The notes under the pieces are model-generated. The model was given only the letters and a program-made list of their open reading frames with translations. It was not told the origin of the DNA and made no database searches. A stretch of DNA of 64,000 nt from an uncultured Candidatus Saccharibacteria bacterium (GTDB lineage: Bacteria; Patescibacteriota; Minisyncoccia; Phycocordibacterales; GWA1-40-21): positions 11,979-75,978 of the forward strand of contig CAZIID010000001.1 of the NCBI GenBank assembly GCA_964539415.1. Direction: 5' to 3'. This document shows, in pieces, positions 59,159-64,000 of the stretch (position 1 is the stretch's first letter; the number at the start of each line of letters is the position of its first letter). The position numbers were made by a program, and so were the translations under genes.

Positions 59159-60316
59159 ATGAATAAAGAAACTGGTAAAAGTTTTGTTGTGAATATCACT
59201 GCAGGATCTATTGTAAAGGCTGTGTTGGTAGTTTTGGGTGTTGCATTTTTGTTCTATATTAAAGACATTGCTCTTGTTGTTCTAACTGCTGTTGTGCTTG
59301 CATCTGCTGTTGAGCCTTTTATTTTATGGTGCGGTAAATACAAAATAAACAGATTGGTTTCGGTTATAGTTGCTTATATAGCATTGTTTGTTGTTTTTGC
59401 TGGATTATTTTATATGTTTATCCCAACTCTTTTAGAAGACGCTTCAACATTACTTTCATCTGTACCGAAACAATTAGAATCTCTTGATCTTTGGAATCCA
59501 CTTGCTATATCTTCAGAAAAAGTGGCTTCATCACAAAAGATTATTCAAGGTCTTTCTGATACAGTTCAATCTCCGTCGGTCCTCTCTTCTGTTACACAAA
59601 GTGCTGGAGATACCACAAGTAACGTGAGTTCTGGTTTGGGTTCACTTATAGGAAATATTAAAACAATTTTATCTGGATTTTCTAGTGGGTTTGTCAGCTC
59701 TCTCAGCTCTGTGTTTGGAGGATTATTTTCTTTCATCTTAATTGTTGTCTTGTCTTTTTATTTTACTGTGCAAGAAGATGGAGTTGCAAAGTTTTTGAGT
59801 TTTATTACTCCAGTAGACAAAGAAGCTTATGTCGTTGGTCTTTGGAAAAGATCGCAAAAAAAGATCGGTTCTTGGATGCAAGGTCAGTTGTTACTCGCGA
59901 TCCTTGTTGGAGTTCTTGTGTATTTAGGTTTGACTATTTTGGGTGTTAAGAATGCGATACTTCTTGCTGTCCTTGCTGGAGTGCTTGAAATTATTCCTCT
60001 TTTTGGACCGATTGTTGCTTCGATACCAGCGATACTTACTGCTTTTGGAGATGGTGGAATAACAGCAGCACTTCTTGTTGTTGGTTTATACATCATAATC
60101 CAGCAATTTGAAAATCATCTTATTTATCCACTTGTTGTTCAGAAGATTGTTGGTATTTCCCCGATACTTGTTATTTTGGCACTTATTATTGGTGCAAAAT
60201 TTGCAGGATTCTTGGGAATTGTTCTATCTGTGCCTATATCAGCAACACTTATGGAATTCTTGGATGATCTTCAAAGAAGGAAACATCTCTTGCAAAATTG
60301 TGAGAATAAGAGTTAA
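59159..60316 (+). CDS. AI-2E/PerM family transporter
   Basis: W..GQL, IIPLFGP, IQQFENHLIYP and GIVLSVP motifs. Confidence 0.9.
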   Translation: MNKETGKSFVVNITAGSIVKAVLVVLGVAFLFYIKDIALVVLTAVVLASAVEPFILWCGKYKINRLVSVIVAYIALFVVFAGLFYMFIPTLLEDASTLLSSVPKQLESLDLWNPLAISSEKVASSQKIIQGLSDTVQSPSVLSSVTQSAGDTTSNVSSGLGSLIGNIKTILSGFSSGFVSSLSSVFGGLFSFILIVVLSFYFTVQEDGVAKFLSFITPVDKEAYVVGLWKRSQKKIGSWMQGQLLLAILVGVLVYLGLTILGVKNAILLAVLAGVLEIIPLFGPIVASIPAILTAFGDGGITAALLVVGLYIIIQQFENHLIYPLVVQKIVGISPILVILALIIGAKFAGFLGIVLSVPISATLMEFLDDLQRRKHLLQNCENKS

Positions 60317-60325
60317 TATCTAATA

Positions 60326-61771
60326 ATGAATAAAAAACCTTTCTATATAACAACGACTCTGCCGTATGTAAATTCAGAGCCTCATATAGGTTTTGCTGTT
60401 GAGATTGTTAGAGCAGATATAATTGCGAGGTATAAAAAACTTCAAGGTTTTGAGGTATTTTTTAATACCGGAACAGACGAACACGGTTTAAAAATTTATA
60501 GAAAGGCCATAGAGAAAGGATTAACACCAAAACAGACTGTTGATAATTTTGTTCAGCCTTTTAAAGAACTCCTTCCTGTTCTTGGGATAAGCGAAGATGT
60601 AAAATTCGTAAGAACTACCGATGAACACCACATAATGGCAGCACAAGAATTTTGGAAAATTTGTGATAGGAATGGTTTTATATATAAAAAGAATTATAAA
60701 GTAAAATATTGTGTCGGTTGTGAACTTGAGAAGTCTGATTCAGATCTTGTAAATGGTAAGTGTCCTGATCATCCAAATCTAGAAATTGAAACGATAGATG
60801 AAGAGAACTATTTTTTTAAGTTTTCGTTTTTTCAAGAAAAACTTTTGGAACTTTATGAAAAAAGAACAGATTTCGTTGTGCCAGATTATAGATTAAAAGA
60901 AATTAATACTTTTGTTAAAAGTGGTCTATCTGATTTTAGTATTTCAAGATTGAAAGTCAAAATGCCTTGGGGGATAGAAGTTCCTGGAAATCCAGAGCAA
61001 GTTATGTATGTTTGGTTTGATGCTTTGGTAAACTATATTTCAACTTTAGGTTGGCCAGATGATATGGGCTCTTTCGGTAAATGGTGGAATGAGACGGGGG
61101 GTGCACTTCAATATTGTGGCAAAGACAATCTTCGTCAGCAATCAGCTATGTGGCAAGCAATGCTTATGGCAGCAAACATTTCTCCTTCAAAACAAATAGT
61201 GATTGATGGTTTTGTTACCGGTGCTGGTGGTATTAAGATGAGCAAGAGTCTTGGAAACGTAGTAAGTCCAGTAGACCTCGTGCGTGACTATGGAACAGAA
61301 GCACTCAGATATTATGTGACAAGAGAAGTACATCCTTTTGAAGATACACCTTTTACGCTAGATTCATTTAAGGCTGCTTACAACGCAAACTTGGCAAATG
61401 GTCTTGGAAACTTGGTGAATAGGATTATGAAAATGGCGGAAGATAACCTATCTGGTCCAGTTGCAGTTTTAGAGACAGGTTTTTCTGATGATTTTATTGC
61501 TGCAATGGAAAAGTTTAATATTCAGGAAGCAACAGATATTATTTGGAAAAAGATTACGACTCTTGATGCAAAGATTCAAGAAACTCAACCATTCAAACTT
61601 GTAAAAACAGACACCGAAGCAGGGAAGAAAATAATTAGAGAGTTAGTAGAGGGGTTGTATGAGGTAAAATGTTTGCTTGAACCAATAATGCCAGAAACTT
61701 CTAGAGCAATAGAAAATGCAGTAAAACAAAACAAGAAACCGGTAACACCTTTGTTTTTGCGTAAAGATTAA
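60326..61771 (+). CDS. metG: Methionyl-tRNA synthetase (short form)
   Basis: YITT.LPYVN..PHIG, TGTDEHG.K, YVWFDAL.NY and KMSKSLGN motifs. Confidence 0.96.
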   Translation: MNKKPFYITTTLPYVNSEPHIGFAVEIVRADIIARYKKLQGFEVFFNTGTDEHGLKIYRKAIEKGLTPKQTVDNFVQPFKELLPVLGISEDVKFVRTTDEHHIMAAQEFWKICDRNGFIYKKNYKVKYCVGCELEKSDSDLVNGKCPDHPNLEIETIDEENYFFKFSFFQEKLLELYEKRTDFVVPDYRLKEINTFVKSGLSDFSISRLKVKMPWGIEVPGNPEQVMYVWFDALVNYISTLGWPDDMGSFGKWWNETGGALQYCGKDNLRQQSAMWQAMLMAANISPSKQIVIDGFVTGAGGIKMSKSLGNVVSPVDLVRDYGTEALRYYVTREVHPFEDTPFTLDSFKAAYNANLANGLGNLVNRIMKMAEDNLSGPVAVLETGFSDDFIAAMEKFNIQEATDIIWKKITTLDAKIQETQPFKLVKTDTEAGKKIIRELVEGLYEVKCLLEPIMPETSRAIENAVKQNKKPVTPLFLRKD

Positions 61772-61800
61772 AAAACCGGTCTCACTTTCGTGAGTACCGG

Positions 61801-62019
61801 TTATGTTGTTACTTTTTCTTCTTTTAGGTTTAGAGGTTTAGTTCGTTTTTTCTTGATGAACTTCCTGATAAACCACCTTACTATTGAGTGCCTGAAAGAG
61901 CCGAGTTTTATTTTTTTATTTATTTTGTTGGCTTTTTCAATCAACCTCTCCATAAACCCAATCTTCACGCCATAATATTTACGGAGGAGAAGATAAATAA
62001 CAATGAGAGTTTCTGTCAC
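61801..62019 (-). CDS. Small basic hypothetical protein
   Basis: GTG start preceded by AGGAGG; ends in the hairpin at 61772-61802. Confidence 0.4.
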   Translation of the reverse strand: MTETLIVIYLLLRKYYGVKIGFMERLIEKANKINKKIKLGSFRHSIVRWFIRKFIKKKRTKPLNLKEEKVTT

Positions 62020-62136
62020 AAGAAGCCTCCTTTCCTTGATTATATTAGGTTTTTTCGTTTAAGAACTATCTCTACCGGGCACATTATACTTTCTTTTTAA
62101 CTTTATACAATCATTTATGTGCTGTATAATATTTTT

Positions 62137-62922
62137 ATGAAATACATGGATATACATTCTCATCTTGGTTTTGAAGATTATGGAAAAGACTTAGATGAAG
62201 TAATAAAGAGAATGAAAGATGCGGAAGTTGGTACTATTGCTGTGGGCGCGGATTTTAAAAGTTCTGAGGATGCAGTAAAGGTTGCAATAGAAAATGAAAA
62301 TATTTGGGCTTGTATAGGACAGCATCCAAATGAGAAAAAGGATGAAGTTTTTGATGAATCAAAATATGAAGATCTTGTAATAAATCCAAAGGTTGTGGCG
62401 ATAGGAGAGTGTGGACTGGACTATTTTGTAAACTCTAAAGATAAAAGTGAAGGAAAAAGTATTTCAGAAGAAGAGAAAGACAGACAGAAAAAACTTTTTA
62501 TACAGCAAATTGAGTTTGCAATAAAACATAATAAACCGCTAATGCTTCATATTCGTGATGCTCATGATGATGCGTATGAAATCCTTAAGGATTATAAAGG
62601 AAAGGTAAAAGGAGACTTACACTTCTTTACTTCAAACCTCTCTAATGCAAAAAAGTTTATAGAACTTGGTTTTACTATTTCTTTTCCAGGAATTATTACC
62701 TATATTCGAGACTTTGATAAAGTTATAAAAGGGATACCGCTTGAGATGATACACGCTGAGACGGATGCTCCTTTTGCTTCACCTGCGCCTCATAGGGGAA
62801 AGAGAAATGAGCCAGCCTATGTAATAGAAGTTGTTAAAAAAATAGCTGAAATTAGAGGGGAAGATATTGAGAAAGTTACAATACAGCTTATAGAAAATTT
62901 TAAAAAACTTTTTGGTATTTAA
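62137..62922 (+). CDS. tatD: TatD family DNase
   Basis: DIHSHL, G.HP, AIGECGLDY, LHIRDA, ETDAPF and RNEP motifs. Confidence 0.95.
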   Translation: MKYMDIHSHLGFEDYGKDLDEVIKRMKDAEVGTIAVGADFKSSEDAVKVAIENENIWACIGQHPNEKKDEVFDESKYEDLVINPKVVAIGECGLDYFVNSKDKSEGKSISEEEKDRQKKLFIQQIEFAIKHNKPLMLHIRDAHDDAYEILKDYKGKVKGDLHFFTSNLSNAKKFIELGFTISFPGIITYIRDFDKVIKGIPLEMIHAETDAPFASPAPHRGKRNEPAYVIEVVKKIAEIRGEDIEKVTIQLIENFKKLFGI

Positions 62923-62956
62923 TGATTTTTTAATGTTTTTGTTGTAGTATTAAGAA

Positions 62957-63844
62957 ATGGAACCAAAAATATTAAAAACATTACCAAGCGCTGATTATGA
63001 ACTAATAGACAGCGGTGAAGAAGAAAAACTTGAAAGATATGGTAAATACATATTAAGAAGACCTGATCCACAGGCTCTTTGGAGTAAAAATTTAGCAGAA
63101 ACTGAATGGAAGAAAGCTGATGGAACTTTTTTTACAGACGAGTTAAGAAAGGGTTGGAAGAAGAAAGATGGAATGTTAGGTGAATGGCAAATATCTTTTG
63201 GTAACTTAGTTTTTAATATAAAACCAGGCGCTTTTAAACATACTGGTGTTTTTCCAGAACAAGAGATGAATTGGAAATTCATCCAGGCCAAAATAGAAAG
63301 TGAAAAGTCAAAAGATAGAACAGAGCCTATCAAGATTCTAAATTTATTTGGATACACTGGAGGTGCGACCCTTGCAGCACTTTCTGCTGGGGCAGAAGTG
63401 ACCCATGTAGACGGATCAAAAGCTACAGTGGAGTGGGCAAAAGAAAATGCTGTGTCTTCTGATTTAGACAAAAAACCTGTGAGATGGATTATCGATGATG
63501 CACGAAAATTTGTAATGAGAGAAATAAAAAGAGAAGCCAAGTATGACGGAATAATAATGGACCCACCTTCTTTTGGTAGGGGAGGAAAAGGCGAACTCTG
63601 GAAAATTGAAGAAAACTTTTTACCACTTATAGAGCAATGTTCAAAAATACTTTCAGACAATCCACTTTTCTTTTTGATAAACGGATATGCAGCTGGATAT
63701 TCTTCACAGGCATACTTCAATGCATTAAAACCAATAATGGAAAAATACAAAGGAGTCTTTGAAATTGGTGAACTTACAATAGAAGAAAAAACCTCAAAAA
63801 GGCTTTTACCTTGCGGTATTTTTGTTAGGTGGTCTAAAAATTAG
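62957..63844 (+). CDS. Class I SAM-dependent methyltransferase (RlmI/RlmK-like)
   Basis: FKHTGVFPEQ, LNLFGYTGG, HVD and IIMDPPSFG motifs. Confidence 0.88.
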   Translation: MEPKILKTLPSADYELIDSGEEEKLERYGKYILRRPDPQALWSKNLAETEWKKADGTFFTDELRKGWKKKDGMLGEWQISFGNLVFNIKPGAFKHTGVFPEQEMNWKFIQAKIESEKSKDRTEPIKILNLFGYTGGATLAALSAGAEVTHVDGSKATVEWAKENAVSSDLDKKPVRWIIDDARKFVMREIKREAKYDGIIMDPPSFGRGGKGELWKIEENFLPLIEQCSKILSDNPLFFLINGYAAGYSSQAYFNALKPIMEKYKGVFEIGELTIEEKTSKRLLPCGIFVRWSKN

Positions 63845-63911
63845 GCTGGTGGTATAATTGATCTATTACTAGTATGAGCCGTCAGAACGATCGGCTATAA
63901 TATTTTTTTTT

Positions 63912-64000
63912 ATGAATGAAGAAATGAAAACATGTTGGGTTAATCACAAGCAAAAAATGGGAATGGTTATATTGCCATTGGTGATAATTTTGGGTGTTTG
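63912..64000 (+). CDS. Partial CDS with N-terminal TM segment; runs off the window edge
   Basis: MNEEMKTCWVNHKQKMGMVILPLVIILGV..., downstream of TGGTATAAT. Confidence 0.5.
   Translation, partial: MNEEMKTCWVNHKQKMGMVILPLVIILGV

Noticed and set aside
62995-63750. 251-aa antisense ORF and the many other shadow ORFs
   Set aside because: They lie opposite well-supported genes and have the Ser/Phe-rich composition typical of antisense frames

Overview
AT-rich bacterial chromosome segment that contains the replication origin (jag-yidC-rnpA-rpmH <> dnaA-oriC-dnaN). The gene content points to a Patescibacteria/CPR (Parcubacteria-like) genome; this is an inference from streamlined PolA/Tig/YebC, a chromosomal VirB4/PrgI/VirB6/VirB2 T4SS-like cluster, type IV pilus genes with ComM/YraN, and no biosynthetic genes. 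It carries two tRNAs (Arg-TCG, Gly-GCC) next to a CCA-adding enzyme. The most notable features are: (1) a three-member family of secreted proteins sharing a C-rich 'SLTP...LGVEG' module, each joined at a common GGnGTGGAGGG junction to a different C-terminal tip (LamG, LamG, DUF1566-like); (2) a structured repeat array built from the tRNA-Arg T-arm, directly downstream of that tRNA; (3) a RAYT transposase split at an in-phase A_AAA_AAG slippery site, whose palindrome also sits in-frame inside polA; (4) nested REP-like elements, one of them in-frame inside comM; (5) two or three unannotated structured-RNA candidates; and (6) widespread leaderless promoter architecture. All calls come from reading the sequence; no searches or folding programs were run.
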